Of a stretch of 64,000 nucleotides of DNA, positions 35,521 through 47,801 are shown piece by piece. Within the stretch, counting starts at the first letter, position 1. The number at the start of each line of letters is the position of its first letter. The notes under the pieces were generated by a model that was not told where the DNA came from, did not search any database, and saw only the letters and a list, made by a program, of their open reading frames with translations. The position numbers and the translations under genes were made by a program. This DNA is from Squalus acanthias (lineage: Eukaryota): contig CM059432.1 in NCBI GenBank assembly GCA_030390025.1, positions 25,360,001 through 25,424,000 of the forward strand, given 5' to 3'.

Positions 35521-36719
35521 TAGGATTAGGCAGAGTCAACATGGTTTTATGAAAGAGAAATCGTGTTTGACAAATTTGTTAGACTCTTTTGAAGATGTAA
35601 CTAACAGGGTAAGTAAAGGGGAACGAGTGGATGTAGTATATTTGGATTTCCAAAAGGCATTTGATAAGGCGCCACATATAAGGCTGCTATGCAAAATAAG
35701 GGCTCATGGATTTGGGGATAATATTTTAGCATTGATAGAGGATTGGTTAATGGACAGAAAACAGAGAGTAGAGAAAATGGGTCATTTTCTGGTTGGCAGG
35801 CTGTAACTAGTGGGGTGCCGCAAGGATCAGTGCTTAGGCCTCAGCTACTTACAATCTATGTTAATGACTCAGATGAAGGGACCGAGAGCAATGTTGTAAG
35901 TTTGCTGACAATACAAAGCTAGGTGGGAAAGTAATCTGTGAGGAGGGCACAAGGAGCCTACAAAGGGATATAGACACATTAAGTGAATGTTCAAGAAAGT
36001 GGCAGATGGAGTATAATGTGGGGAAATGTGAGGTTATTCACTTTGGTAGGAAGAATAGAAAAACAGAATATTTTTTAAATGGTGAGAAATTATTAAATGT
36101 TGGTGATCAGAGAGATTTAGGTGTCCTGGTACTGGAAACACAGTAAGTTAGTATGCAGGTACAGCAAGCAATTAGGAAGGCAAATGGCATGTTGGCCTTT
36201 ATTGCAAGGGGGTTGGAGTACAAGAGTAAGGAAGTCTTACTACAATTGTACAGGGCTTTGGTGAGACCGAATACTGTGCACAGTTTTGGTTTCCTTATCT
36301 GGGGAAGGACATACTTTCCTTAGAGCCGGTGCAACAAAGGTTCACTAGATTGATCCCTGGGATGAAAGGGTTATCCTATGAGGAGAGATTGAGTAGATTG
36401 GGCCTATACTCTCTGGACTCCAAAGGGCTGTGGATGCTGTTGTTGAGTATATTCAAGGCTGAGATCGATAGATTTTTGGACTCTGGGGGAATCAAGGGAT
36501 ATGGAGATTGGGCGTGAAAGTGGAGTTGAGATCGATGATCAGCCATGATCTTATTGAATGGCGGAGCAGGCTCGATGGGCCGTATGGCCTACTCCTGCTC
36601 CTAATTCTTATGTTCTTATATTCCTTCCGCACTGTAAGATAGTCAAATACCTGTTTTTTAACATCCTACCACGCATCTAACCATTCAATTCAAATACAGT
36701 TTAGTCTCTTATCCTTTCT

Positions 36720-37167
36720 TGTACGCATACTCCCAGTTAGCTGTTATGTTGCAAGCACTCCTATCTATCTACTCATTTGTATTTAATGCACTCCTGTTTG
36801 TCTATTATCCTGAATATAAAACACTGTTATCAATCTACCATCTTGCATGTAATACATTACTGATCGTCTATTATCCTGTAACACACTTCCATCAATCTGC
36901 TATCCTGTATGTAAAATACTCCTTACACTGTATACAGCATACGCCTAGTTATCGGTTATCCTATAGGTAACACATTGCTAGCTTTCTGCTATCCTATATG
37001 TAGTGCACCCTTGTCTATTCATTATGCTGTACATGCTCACGGCCATCTTGTCGGTATCACATTGCGGTCTGCCTGTTATCCTGTGTGTAACATACTCCCA
37101 GTGGTCTATTATCCTGTATGTAACACATTCCCAGCTATCTGTTATTGTGTATGTAACCCACTCCTTT
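36720..37167. repeat. Degenerate ~33-bp minisatellite
   Basis: More than 10 units approximating ctrttatcctgtatgtaacacactccNNNNNNt. Confidence 0.75.
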
Positions 37168-37435
37168 GACAGTACTTACTCTTGGAATTATGTTATCTTT
37201 TAGCTTTTTCTTTAAACACCATTCAGCGCTGAGCCCAGGAAAGAAATACATTGCAAGGAGCAATTTATGAGATTTTCTAGAGCCTGAGGCTGAGTGAAGT
37301 AAATGTAAAATGTCATATGACTCTGGTCGAAGGCTTGTGCGTAACAGATGGAGGCTACTGAAAAGGTCCAAAAAATATATTCAGTTTGAAGAATTGGAAC
37401 CAGGCTCACTTTTTACTTACCATCTAAAGGATATA

Positions 37436-39035
37436 GAGTGGAATTTTAATCCCCAAAAATGGGTGGGTTTGTGTCGGGTGGGATGTTAACATTTTTAAAA
37501 TCTCAAACCCAAACCCAACTTCCAGTTTTAATGGAAGCGGGATGGGGGAGCGGGTGGGGGGGCAGGTGGGAGGGCGGGTGAGGAGTCGGGTGAGGAGTCG
37601 GGTGAGGAGTCGGGTGAGGAGTCGGGTGAGGGGTCGGGTGAGGGGGCGGGTGAGGGGTCGGGTGAGGGGGCGGGTGAGGGGTCGAGTGAGGGGGCGGGTG
37701 AGGGGTCGGGTGAGGGGTCGGGTGAGGGGTCGGGTGAGGGGGGCGGGTGAGGGGGTGGGTGAGGGGTCGGGTGAGGGGTCGGGTGAGGGGTCGGGTGAGG
37801 GGGCGGGTGAGGGGGTGGGTGAGGGGGTCGGGTGAGGGGTTGGGTGAGGGGGCGGGTGGAGGGGTAGGGGGGGCGGGTGTGGAGTCGGGTAAGGGGTCGG
37901 GTGAGGGGTCGGGTGAGGGGTGGGTGAGGGGTCGGGTGAGTGGTCGGGTGGAGGGGTGGGTAGAGGGGCGGGTGGAGGGACGGGTGGAGGGGCGGGTGGA
38001 GGGGCGGGTGGGGGGGGCGGGTGAGGAGTCAGGTGAGGGGTCGAGTGAGGGGCGGGTGTGGACTCAGGTGAGGGGTCGGGTGAGGGGCCGGGTGAGGGGT
38101 GGGTGAGGGGTGGGTGAGGGGGCGGGTGGAGGGGTGGGTGGGGGGGTCGGGTGTGGAGTCGGGTGAGGGGCCGGGTGAGGGGTGGGTGAGGGGTGGGTGA
38201 GGGGTCGGGTGAGTGGTCGGGTGGAGGGGGGGTGGGGGGGCAGGTGTGGACTCAGGTGAGGGGTCGGGTGAGGGGCCGGGTGAGGGGTGGGTGAGGGGTG
38301 GGTGAGGGGGGGGGGGTGGAGGGGTGGGTGGGGGGTCGAGTGAGGGGGCGTGTGGGGGTTGGGTGAGGGTCGAGTGAGGGGGCGTGTGGGGGTTGGGTGA
38401 GGGTCGAGTGAGGGGGCGTGTGGGGGTTGGGTGAGGGGTCGGGTGGAGGGGGAGCGGGTGGGGGGCGGGTCAGGGCGCGGGTGAGGGGACGGTTGGGGGG
38501 GCGGGTGAGGGGTCGGGTGGGGGTCGAGTGGGGGGTCGGGTGAGGGGGCGGGTGAGGGGGCGGGTGGGAGTCAAGTAGGGGTTCGGGTGAGGGGTCATGT
38601 GAGGGGCGGCTTGGGGGGCAGGTGGGGGGTCAGGGGGCAGGGCAGGCATCCAACCCACTCCCAGAAGGCGGCTTGACCACTTAAATATTATAATGAAGCT
38701 GCGCATCTCAGATTTTATCTTTCTTCCAGGTTTAACCCTGGCCAGCTGGCTCGGGAAACCCGTCAGCTAAAGGGAGGCGAGGACTGCTGCGTGGAACAGG
38801 TAAGTACTTTTCCAGCACTGTTTGTGGGCCAGAATGAGCAGGAGTGCTTCCCCTCCGGCCCACCAAGTTAACCTGCTTCCCTCCCCACGATCAGACCCCT
38901 CCCCGCGATCACCGACTCCCCTCCCACCAATCACGGGCCCCCAACCCCCACCCCAACGATCGGATACCCCCTGCGAGCACCGATCTGAACTCCTCCCACA
39001 CGCTTGGAAATCCTGCCCCAGCAAAAATCAGGGCC
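37436..39035. mobile_element. Harbinger-type MITE, family D, expanded by an internal minisatellite
   Basis: GAGTGGAATTTT…AAAATCAGGGCC; TSD ATA/GTA; sequence on both sides of the array is colinear with 9051-9320. Confidence 0.78.
37545..38640. repeat. G-rich 12-bp minisatellite (GGGTGAGGGGTC)n
   Basis: About 90 imperfect units; most regular at the left end. Confidence 0.97.
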
Positions 39036-39139
39036 GTACTTTCTAAATGGTACATGTAGATATCCTCCATCCTCTGTCACAGCCACAACTCCATTTCCCA
39101 TCATTTTCTGCTGGGAATTCTTGAGCAAGGCATTGGATT

Positions 39140-39620
39140 GTTTTGCTGCCTGTATCCTAACTCGCACCAAGTCCCGTTCACCCATCACCCCTATGCTCGC
39201 TGACCTACAGTGGGTCCCAGTCTAAATAATATCAACCTTCTGTTCAAATCCTTCCATCACCTCACCCCTTCCTATCTCTGTAACCTCCTCCAGCTCTACA
39301 AGCCTCCGAGAAATCTATGTTCCTCCAACTCTGGCCTCTTGTGTATCCCCCACTTTCTTTGCCCCACCATTAGTGGCCGTGCCTTCAGCCGTCTAGGCCC
39401 TAAACCCTGGAATTCCTCCTAAACCTATTTACTCTCTCCACTTCTCTCTCCTCCTTTAAGACTGCTTAGAGCCTACCACTTTCATCAAGCATTCTGTTAG
39501 ATGTCCTAATGTCTCCTTCTTTGGCTCGGTATCAACTTTTGTCTGATTATGCTCCTGTGAAACATCTTGGGACATTTTATTATGTTAAAAGTGCTATATA
39601 ATTGCAAGTTATTGTTGTTG
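39140..39620 (+). mobile_element. L2-clade LINE 3' fragment (related pieces ~30545-30710, 42150-42280, 42960-43110)
   Basis: 'AACILTRTKSRSPITPMLADLQW', 'GRAFSRLGPKPWNS'; tail gtgaaa…ttgggac…gctatata…gcaag shared with the Deu-SINEs. Confidence 0.85.
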
Positions 39621-39784
39621 ATTAACTAAAAGTTAGTTAGTGAGATTGTGTTGAAGCAATGATAATCTGCGTGTTTAATCCAAATAGCTACTCTATGATA
39701 CAATATATCAGTGACTGTACTGTATTTTTGTAAATAGACTTGTCGCAACCAGATTGTGGGGGTTTTGTTAGTAAATTAGCTCTT

Positions 39785-40065
39785 ACTGTCAGAGGTGCCA
39801 TCTTTCAGCTGCGACATTAAACTGAGGTCCTGTCTGCCCTCTCAGATGGACATAAAAGATCCCATGGCACTGTTTTGACAAAGAGCAGGGGAGAGCCCCC
39901 TGGTGTTCTATTTATCCCACAACCAACACCTAAAACAGATTATCTGGCCATTATCTCATTGCTGTTTGTGGGACCTTGCTGAGTGCAAATTGGTGCCACA
40001 TTTCCTACATTACAACAGTGACTACATTTCAAAAATACTTCATTGGCTGTAAAGATGTTTCCTTC
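39785..40065 (+). mobile_element. Deu-SINE fragment
   Basis: gaggtgccatctttc…aaaagatcccatggcact…cctacattacaacagtgact. Confidence 0.85.
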
Positions 40066-40799
40066 TTTCTTTAACAGCTCCTGTTTAATAATTGTACACA
40101 GACAAAATGTCATCAAGACCTGGAGTGATTATTAAATTCTATATGGGTTAGCATAGCTTTTGGTATATGTCAGAGCCAATGTAGTTAGAGAAAAAAAAGG
40201 TGATGAACACAGAATGTAATCAGCACCGATCCCACAATTATAATATAACCTCACAGAATCCCATGTATTATGAATGTGACATGATATTACATTCAATCAG
40301 TTATTACACAGCACTTTGAGGTTTTATTTAAAATGACTGTTTTCTCCATATATTCTCTGTCAAACGAGATTTGAATAATCTCTCATGGAGCTGACAACAG
40401 GAGCAGTTTCAGTGAGATATTGAAACAAGCTGAAGCTAGCTATATATTTGAATAGAGAGGGACCTGAAGATTGAGAACTTCCAATCATTCATTAAATATG
40501 TATTAAAAACACTGGAAAGTAACACACACAAAGCAATTTATTTTCTTATCCAATTTTCTCCCCATCTCTTTTCAAAACGCTGACTCATGATGGGGCTCGA
40601 TTTCACAGAAGTCAGTCACTCTCTGGTATCTCGTCCAAGTAGCCATTCTTCACGGGTGAGGCAAGATAGTGCGTGGCAGCAGATCACACAGCTGTGGAAA
40701 GGATGAGGGCATCACGACCTGGTCTTATCTTCTCCTTTGAGAAAGATTTTCTCTACGCGCTTTGTATAGCAGTCATGACCGTGCTCTTGATCTTGAATG

Positions 40800-41232
40800 T
40801 CTGCCTTGGCTCAGTGGTAGCACTCTCGCCTCAGAGTCAGAAGGTTTTGAATTCAAGATCCAGTCCAGAGACTTGAGCACAGAATATTGAGGGAGTACTG
40901 CACTGTTGGATGTGCCGTCTTTTGGATGAGACATTAAACCATGACTGCCTTCTCAGGTGGACATAAAAGATACCACGGCATTATTTCGAAGAAGAGCAGG
41001 GGAGTTCTCCATGGTGTTCTGGACAATATTGATCCTTCAACCAGCATTACTAAAAAAATAGATTGGTCATTATCACATTACTGTTTGTAGGACCTTGCTG
41101 TGTGCAAATTTGGCTGCCATGTTTCCTTACATTACAACAGTGACAACATTTGAAAAGAACATCATTGGCTGTAAAACACTTTGGGACGCCCTGAGGTCAT
41201 GAAAGACGCTGTATAAATGTAAGTCCTTTCCT
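40800..41232 (+). mobile_element. Near full-length Deu-SINE (SacSINE1-like)
   Basis: tRNA-like head (tggctcagtggtagcactctcgcctc…), Deu core and L2-type tail. Confidence 0.88.
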
Positions 41233-42281
41233 ATTTTTTAAACCCATTTACTATTTGGCTATGCTTAGTGTGCAGTGGAAACCTTCCTTCTCTATGCCCA
41301 CACATGTGAACTTCCCAGCAGGCGTCTCTGGACATTGATCAGGAGCAGAAAGTCTGGCTGAATATTTTTCCCTATCTCTAGTCTAGTTGTAGCACCCTGA
41401 TTGCCACCCAGGCTGAGGTCATGGGCTAAACTTGCTACCAGCACTCGTCACTGAGAAGGTTGGTTGTCACATGCGACAGACAGCTTATCGGGCGCACAGA
41501 TATCAACAGATGGAAAATCGTGAACAGAAACACCAGCGATTTTTCCTGGTAAGCCGCACTCTGGACAAGGCCTGACATTGGAATGGGCTCCTGGGAAATT
41601 GAGCACAAACCAGTGAATCAAACCTGGCGCACTTTCATCCTTACAGCACAGTTCACACGACAGAATCCGTTTCCAAACCGAGCTAGCAGGAGAGCTTAGC
41701 ACAAAGCAACGGCTCTTTCAATTCAAAGACTTCTTACCATTTTGAGGACTTACACACACACACGTTTGCAGCAAAAAGGCGTCAAACAAGCTTGCAATTT
41801 TTTTCCGCCGAGTCAGGTCATGCTGTGACTGAAGATGTATTTGGTGATTTAGTACCTTCCTCTAATTACACAGGGTGACTGGTTGCAGATGGACCCTTTT
41901 GCTGTCACACTAATCTTCATTGTTATAACAGCCTTGTCTGTTATGGAGCATGCTGTGTGTTGCACTTGACTGTCCCCTACTCATTGTATGATAACACACT
42001 GGGCACAACATTCCTCTGTTCATGTTTCTTTGTTTAAAAAAAAGTAGTTGTGAGCAAAGAGTAATGGAATGTGGGGGGAAAGAGCCAGAGGTTAAAGCGC
42101 CTGTGTTGCGCACAGGTCTGAGCATGCCTATTCCTTGAAAACAGGAGCAAAAAACATTAGATAAAAGGCCATTCCTGTGTAACGGTTGTCATGGTGCTTT
42201 ACTCCTCTTCATCCTCCTCAACCTCTCCACATTTTTGGTAACTGTACCCCCCTCCATTGCATCTTCTCTGTGATCTACCTT

Positions 42282-42951
42282 GGTACATCGGCGAGACCAT
42301 GCAGACACTGAGACAACGTATGAACGAGCACCGCGCAACAATCGCCAGGCAGGATTGTTACCTCCCAGTCGGGGAACACTTCAGCAGTCAAGGACATTCA
42401 GCCTCGGATCTGCGGGTAAGCGTTCTCCAAGGCGGCCTTAGGAAAACACGACAACGCAAAATCATCGAGCAGAAACTGATAGCCAAGTTCCGCACTCATA
42501 AAGACGGTCTCAATCGGGATCTTGGGTTTATGTCACGATACATGACGTGATCCGGACTCGAGTCGTCGTTGGCTTGTTCACAGATGTGATTCCCAGTAAA
42601 AAAGTAAAAATTTTAAAGTTAATCGTTTTACATACAGACGGCAGCTTTTGACACGTTAGACCCCATGCGATTCCACCTCATTGTCTCAGTTGTATCTTGC
42701 AATGTCTTTGATGTGGTACCTTCCTGGCTGACCTGATTAACTTTATCACACCTCGGCAGATAAACAGTCAGGATGATTGAATTCAGTTGTCTGCAATTGT
42801 AAGTTACACATGCATTGTTCTCTATCTATATATGCTTTGACGATTCTGTATCTCCTCACTTCACCCGACGAAGGAGTTGTAACTCCGAAAGCTTGTGATT
42901 TAAAATAAAACTGTTGGACTATAACCTGGTGTTGTGCGACCTCTCAATTTT
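42282..42951 (+). mobile_element. Penelope-like element 3' fragment, GIY-YIG endonuclease C-terminus
   Basis: 'WYIGETMQTLRQRMNEH…EQKLI…GLNRD'; 9-bp TSD ATCTACCTT (42273-42281, 42952-42960). Confidence 0.93.
42861..42898 (+). ncRNA. Minimal hammerhead ribozyme motif with a core substitution
   Basis: TCAC-CCGACGA-A-GGAGTtgtaACTCC-GAAA-GCTT-GTGA (CUGA changed to CCGA). Confidence 0.7.
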
Positions 42952-43113
42952 ATCTACCTTTGTGGCATTGCTCTCTCATGGTTTAATTCTTACCTGTTCT
43001 TGTGCATCCAATACATCTCCTTTCATTGCCCATAAAGTCACCTCCAGTGTCCCCCGTGACTCCATCCTTGATATTCTACTTAGTCTCATTCATAGGCTGC
43101 CACTTGGTGACAG

Positions 43114-43370
43114 TGGGGTCTGAATTCCACATAGTTGCACCTGTTTTTCAGGTGAAGCGGGCACAACAATAATAAATTTAGCAGTGCGACAGCCCATAGC
43201 TGAGTTGCGCGTGTGTGAGGCCATTGCTAAATTCATCCTGAGATATTAATAAGTGGCCTTGACAGGCGCCAGTAAAGAACAAAGCATTGATTGAAATATT
43301 AAAATGAAGGTTCTGTGCCTGAATAAGAACCCCTTTGCTAAATTTGTATGTGGAAGCTCCTGTTTCGCTA
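43114..43370. mobile_element. Truncated Harbinger-type MITE (family E-like)
   Basis: GGGGTCTGAATT…gttgcacctgtttttcaggtg; followed by a Deu-SINE tail at 43380-43480. Confidence 0.6.
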
Positions 43371-43536
43371 AATTTTACATTGCTACATTTCCTACATTAC
43401 TGCACTTCACAAGTACTTCATTGACTGTAAAGCACTTTGGGGTTCCCCGAGATCGTGAAAGACACTATATAAATGCAAGTTAATCTTAACCACAAGATCA
43501 TTGCAGTCGGGAAGCATGCTGTGGAAGTACTATTTA

Positions 43537-44518
43537 AAGGGATCAGTGGTGGGGCCTCAGCTATTTACAATTTATATTAATGACCTAGATGAAGGGACTG
43601 AGTGTAATGTATCCAAGTTTGCTGATGATACAAAGCTTGGTGGGACAGTAAGCTGTGAGGAGAACACAAGAGTCTGCAAAGGGCTATAGATAGACTAAGT
43701 GAGTGGGCAGTAAGGTGGCAGATGGAGTATAATGTAGGTAAATGTGAGGTTATTCACTTTGGTAGGAAGAATAGAAAAACAGAATATTTTTTAAATGGTG
43801 AGAAACGTTCAAATGTTGCTGTTCAGAGAGATTTAGGTGACCTCGTGCAAGAAACACAGAAAGCTAGCATGCAGGTACAGCAAGCAATAAGGAAGGCAAA
43901 TGGCATGTTGGCCTTTATTGCAAGGGGGTTGGAGTATAAGAGTAAGGAAGTCTTGCTACAATTGTACAGGGCCTTGATGAGACCACACCTGGAGTACTGT
44001 GCACAGTTCTGGTCTCATTTAAGGAAGGATATACTTGCCTTGGAGGCTGTGCAGCAAAGGTTCACTAGATTGATTCCTGGGATGAGAGGGCTGTCCTATG
44101 ATGAGAGATTGTGTAGAATGGGCCTATACTCTCTGGAGTTTAGAAGAATGAGAGGTGATCTCATTGAAACATACAAGATTCTGAAAGGTATTGACAGGGT
44201 AGATGCTGAGAGGTTGTTTCCCCTGGCTGGAGTGTCTAGAACTAGGGGGCATAGTCTCAGGATAAGGGGTGGGCCATTTAAGACTGAGATGAGGAGGAAT
44301 CTTTGGAATTCTCTGCCCCAGAGGGCTGTGAATGCTGAGTCTTTGAGTATATTCAAGGCTGAGATAGATAGATTTTTGGACTCTAGGGGAATCAAGGGAT
44401 ACGGAGATCGGGCGGGAAAGTGGAGTTGAGGTCGATGATCAGTCAATGATCCTATTGAATGGCGGAGCAGGCTCGATGGGCCGTATGGCCTACTCCTGCT
44501 CTTACTTCTTATGTTCTT
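43537..44518 (+). mobile_element. CR1 RT 3' fragment
   Basis: 'GSVVGPQLF…KFADDTK'; ORF 43722-44429; canonical tail. Confidence 0.95.
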
Positions 44519-44689
44519 CACCTCAATTAAGGTAAGTCTCTGCTTGGATCCAATAGGCTACCGGAGAATTTTTTTGATTTTTGATGGTATTTGTGGCTAC
44601 TGTTTTGTGGAGATGAACTCGGAGAGTGATTTTTGGGAGGTCTTGCACCCTGTCAAAGGATTGCTGTTCCGCTGGTGTTCTGTTTGGCC

Positions 44690-45700
44690 TGCCCATGGGG
44701 CTGCGACATGGGGGGGTGGGGGGCAGGGACGGCTGAAGCAGCAACAGGGAAGGCAGCAGGGGACTGCACAGGCTGCTAGAAGAGGGCGAATGGGGGAACG
44801 GCGAAGGAGGCCTTACACCATGATCGTGTACAGGAACCAGATTTCCTACCTCACCTTCACAGAGGCAGTTGCGGTTCTCTAGGGTGGCAGTGACTGAGCT
44901 CTGCCACCTGCTGAACCAAGATTTGCAGCCCAGCACAAGGCCATAGGAGTAGGCTCGAAGGGCCAAATGGCCTACTCCTGCTCCTATTTCTTATGTTCTT
45001 ATATTCTTATCCACAGCACCGCCTGTGGCTGTGAAGGTCACTGTGGCCCTGAACTTTTATTCATCGGGCTTCTTCCAATGTTCGGCAGGTGACATCATAA
45101 CATCTCCCAGTTTGCTGTGCACACTGCAATCAAGAACGTCACAGATTCACTATTTTCTGGGCACCAGGAATTCATCATCTTACCAATGGAGGCTGCCAAG
45201 CAGGACGAGAGCGTGGTGGGCTTTGCAAGAGTTGCTGGATTTGCTCAGGTACGGGGGTCATCGACTGCACCCACGTGGCCCTGTATGCTCCCGTACAAGA
45301 TCAAGCCCTCGACTACAACAGCAAGTGGTTCCATTCCTTAAATGTGCAAGTCCTTTGTGACCATAGGCATTGAGTTATGTGGGTCTGTGCCGGGTATCCT
45401 GTCAGTAATCATGATGTCTTCATCCTGCGCCAGTCCTCAATATCCCCTCTCTTCCACCAAGACTGCCAGGTTTAAGATGGTTACTTGGGGACTGGAAACC
45501 TGACAGGAACCTGTTGCATTTGACCCAACTTCAACTTGAAAAGAGGGCAAGTTTGGAGCCGCAAGAGGAGGAAGAATTTGAGGAGAACTAGGAAGAAGGG
45601 TAAGAGGAGGCTGAGACTGTTAAAGAAGAGCAAGGCCCAGCAGTACTGCCAGTTGCCAGACCTCTCAAGCAGCAGCTCATTAATGAGAGATTCTCATGAA
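44690..45700 (+). pseudogene. Harbinger transposase pseudogene (second element)
   Basis: 'RRRPY…VYRNQISYL', 'AVKVTVALNFYSSGFFQ', 'GVIDCTHVA', 'WLLGD' and an acidic tail; frameshifts and deletions. A 64-bp CR1 tail is inserted at 44947-45010 (TSD CCAYAG). Confidence 0.88.
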
Positions 45701-45970
45701 TGTTCCCTCCCCTCCCCAATGCACCAACAGTCATTCCATCCAGCTAAACCAGTCCTCACAACTACCATCTGAGTGCCCTCATGTAGTCCAGCTTCATGGG
45801 TGTTGCCCTTACATGACTAAGCACATCAAGACCTATAGCAATCCAAGAAAAAACGTTTACTATGCCAAGATATCTCATCACTCTTCATTTGACAATTGCT
45901 TATACTGAATATAGAGAACTAAAAATTATGTGAAGACCTAGTGCTTGTCTTCTGTGCTCGCTTAACTATT

Positions 45971-47796
45971 ACATAGATACATAGATACATAGAAGATAGG
46001 AGCAGGAGTAGGCCATCCGGCCCTTCGAGCCTGCTCCGCCATTTAATGAGATCATGGCTGATCCTCCAATTCAGTATCCCGTCCCCGCCTTCTCTCCGTA
46101 ACCCTTAACCCCTTTTGCCTGCAGAAATATATCTAATTCCCTCTTAAATATATTTAATGAGCTGGCGTACACTGCCCTCTGTGGCAATGAGTTCCACAGG
46201 TTCACCACCCTCTGAGTGAAGAAATTCCCCCTCATTTCTGTCCTAAATGGTTTAGCCCTTATCCTTAAATTATGTCCTCTAGTTCTGTTCTCACCCGCCA
46301 AGGGAAAGATTCCTTCTGCATCTAGTCTGTCTAGACCTGTCAGAATTTTATACACTTCTATGAGGTCCCCTCTCAATCTTCTAAACTCCAGTGTGTACAT
46401 CCCTAAACTACATAGTCTCTCCTCATAGGTCAATCCCGCCATTCCTGGTATCAGCCTGGTGAATCGCCGCTGCACCCCCTCCATGGCAAGAACATCTTTC
46501 CTCAGATGAGGCGACCAAAACTGTACACAGTACTCGAGGTGTGGTCTCACCAGTGCCCTGTACAGCTGCAGCAAGGTATCCCTGTTCCTGTATTCCAACC
46601 CTTTTGCTATGAAGGCCAGCATACCGTTTGCCTTCTTGACCGCCTGTTGCACCTGCATGCTCGCCTTCAGTGACTGGTGTACAAGAACACCCAGGTCTCT
46701 CTGTACTTCCCCCTCTCCCAATTTATTGCCATTTAAATAATAATTTGCCCTCCCGTTCCTGCACCCAAGGTGGATAACTTCGCACTTGTCCACATTATAG
46801 TGCATCTGCCATTTATCCGCCCAATCACCCAGTCTGTCCAAATCGCTCTGGAGCTTCCTGGTCTCCTCCTCTGAGCCCACCCCCCATCCTAGTTTAGTGT
46901 CGTCTGCAAATTTGGAAATGCTGCATCCGACTCCCTGATCCAGGTCATTAATGTAAATTGTGAACAGCTGGGGACCCAGGACAGATCCCTGTGGTACCCC
47001 ACTTGTTACTGCCTGCCATTCAGAAAATGAGCCGTTTATTCCAACTCTCTGTTTTCTATCTGACAGCCAGTTCTCTATCCACGTCAATACTTTCCCCTTT
47101 ATCCCATGAGCTTCAATTTTCCCTGCTAATCTTTTATGTGGGACCTTATCGAAGGCCTTTTGGAAGTCCAGGTACACCACATCTACTGGCTCTCCCCCAT
47201 CTATTTTACCAGTTACTCCCTCAAAAAATTCCAATAGATTAGTCAAGCACGATTTACCCTTTGTAAATCCATGTTGACTCTGTCCTATCCTGTCCCCATT
47301 TGCTAAGTGCTCCGCTATTTCATCCTTAATGATGGACTCCAGCATTTTGCCCACAACTGATGTAAGGCTTACAGGTCTGTAATTACCTGCTTTTTCCCTA
47401 CCCCCCTTTTTGAATAGTGGGGTAACGTTAGCTACCCTCCAATCCATGGGCACTGTTCCCGAGTCTAATGAATTCTGAAAAATCATACTTAGTGCATCCG
47501 CTATCTCTAGGGCCACCTCCTTCAGCACCCTAGGATGCATGTTATCAGGCCCTGGGGATTTGTCCGCCTTCAATCCCTTTAGCTTCCTTAACACCATATC
47601 CTTAGAGATATTGATTTGCGTCAGTTCCTCCTTTGCAAATGTCCCTATTTTTCCCGATATCCCAGGGAGGTTTTTTGTGTCTTCCTTCGTAAAGACTGAC
47701 CCAAAGTATGCATTTAGTTGGTCTGCCATTTCCTTATTTCCCCTTATATATTCCCCCGTATCTGACTGCAATGGGCCAACTTTGGTTTTCACCAGT
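45971..47796 (-). mobile_element. Young 5'-truncated CR1 inserted into the Harbinger remnant
   Basis: TSD CTATT (45966-45970, 47797-47801); tail (ATCTATGT)n. Confidence 0.96.
46071..47792 (-). CDS. CR1 ORF2 reverse transcriptase, 5'-truncated, uninterrupted 573 codons
   Basis: All RT motifs ([29 protein letters not shown]) through to the native C-terminus with no stop; endonuclease absent. Confidence 0.9.
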   Translation of the reverse strand: MKTKVGPLQSDTGEYIRGNKEMADQLNAYFGSVFTKEDTKNLPGISGKIGTFAKEELTQINISKDMVLRKLKGLKADKSPGPDNMHPRVLKEVALEIADALSMIFQNSLDSGTVPMDWRVANVTPLFKKGGREKAGNYRPVSLTSVVGKMLESIIKDEIAEHLANGDRIGQSQHGFTKGKSCLTNLLEFFEGVTGKIDGGEPVDVVYLDFQKAFDKVPHKRLAGKIEAHGIKGKVLTWIENWLSDRKQRVGINGSFSEWQAVTSGVPQGSVLGPQLFTIYINDLDQGVGCSISKFADDTKLGWGVGSEEETRKLQSDLDRLGDWADKWQMHYNVDKCEVIHLGCRNGRANYYLNGNKLGEGEVQRDLGVLVHQSLKASMQVQQAVKKANGMLAFIAKGLEYRNRDTLLQLYRALVRPHLEYCVQFWSPHLRKDVLAMEGVQRRFTRLIPGMAGLTYEERLCSLGMYTLEFRRLRGDLIEVYKILTGLDRLDAEGIFPLAGENRTRGHNLRIRAKPFRTEMRGNFFTQRVVNLWNSLPQRAVYASSLNIFKRELDIFLQAKGVKGYGEKAGTGY

Positions 47797-47801
47797 CTAT
47801 T

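Larger units (their letters stand above)
34867..36620 (+). mobile_element. CR1 RT fragment with Penelope insertion and a 3' internal deletion
   Basis: 'NYRPVSLTS', 'YLDFQKAFDK', decayed FADD; canonical tail. Confidence 0.95.

Noticed and set aside
36720..37167. CRISPR-like repeat/spacer array
   Set aside because: Units are contiguous and degenerate with no unique spacers or cas genes; vertebrate context.
37542..38106. RG/GE-rich protein ORFs
   Set aside because: Translation artefact of the 12-bp minisatellite.
37545..38640. Interstitial telomere
   Set aside because: No TTAGGG arrays; the period is 12 bp and the array is embedded in a MITE.
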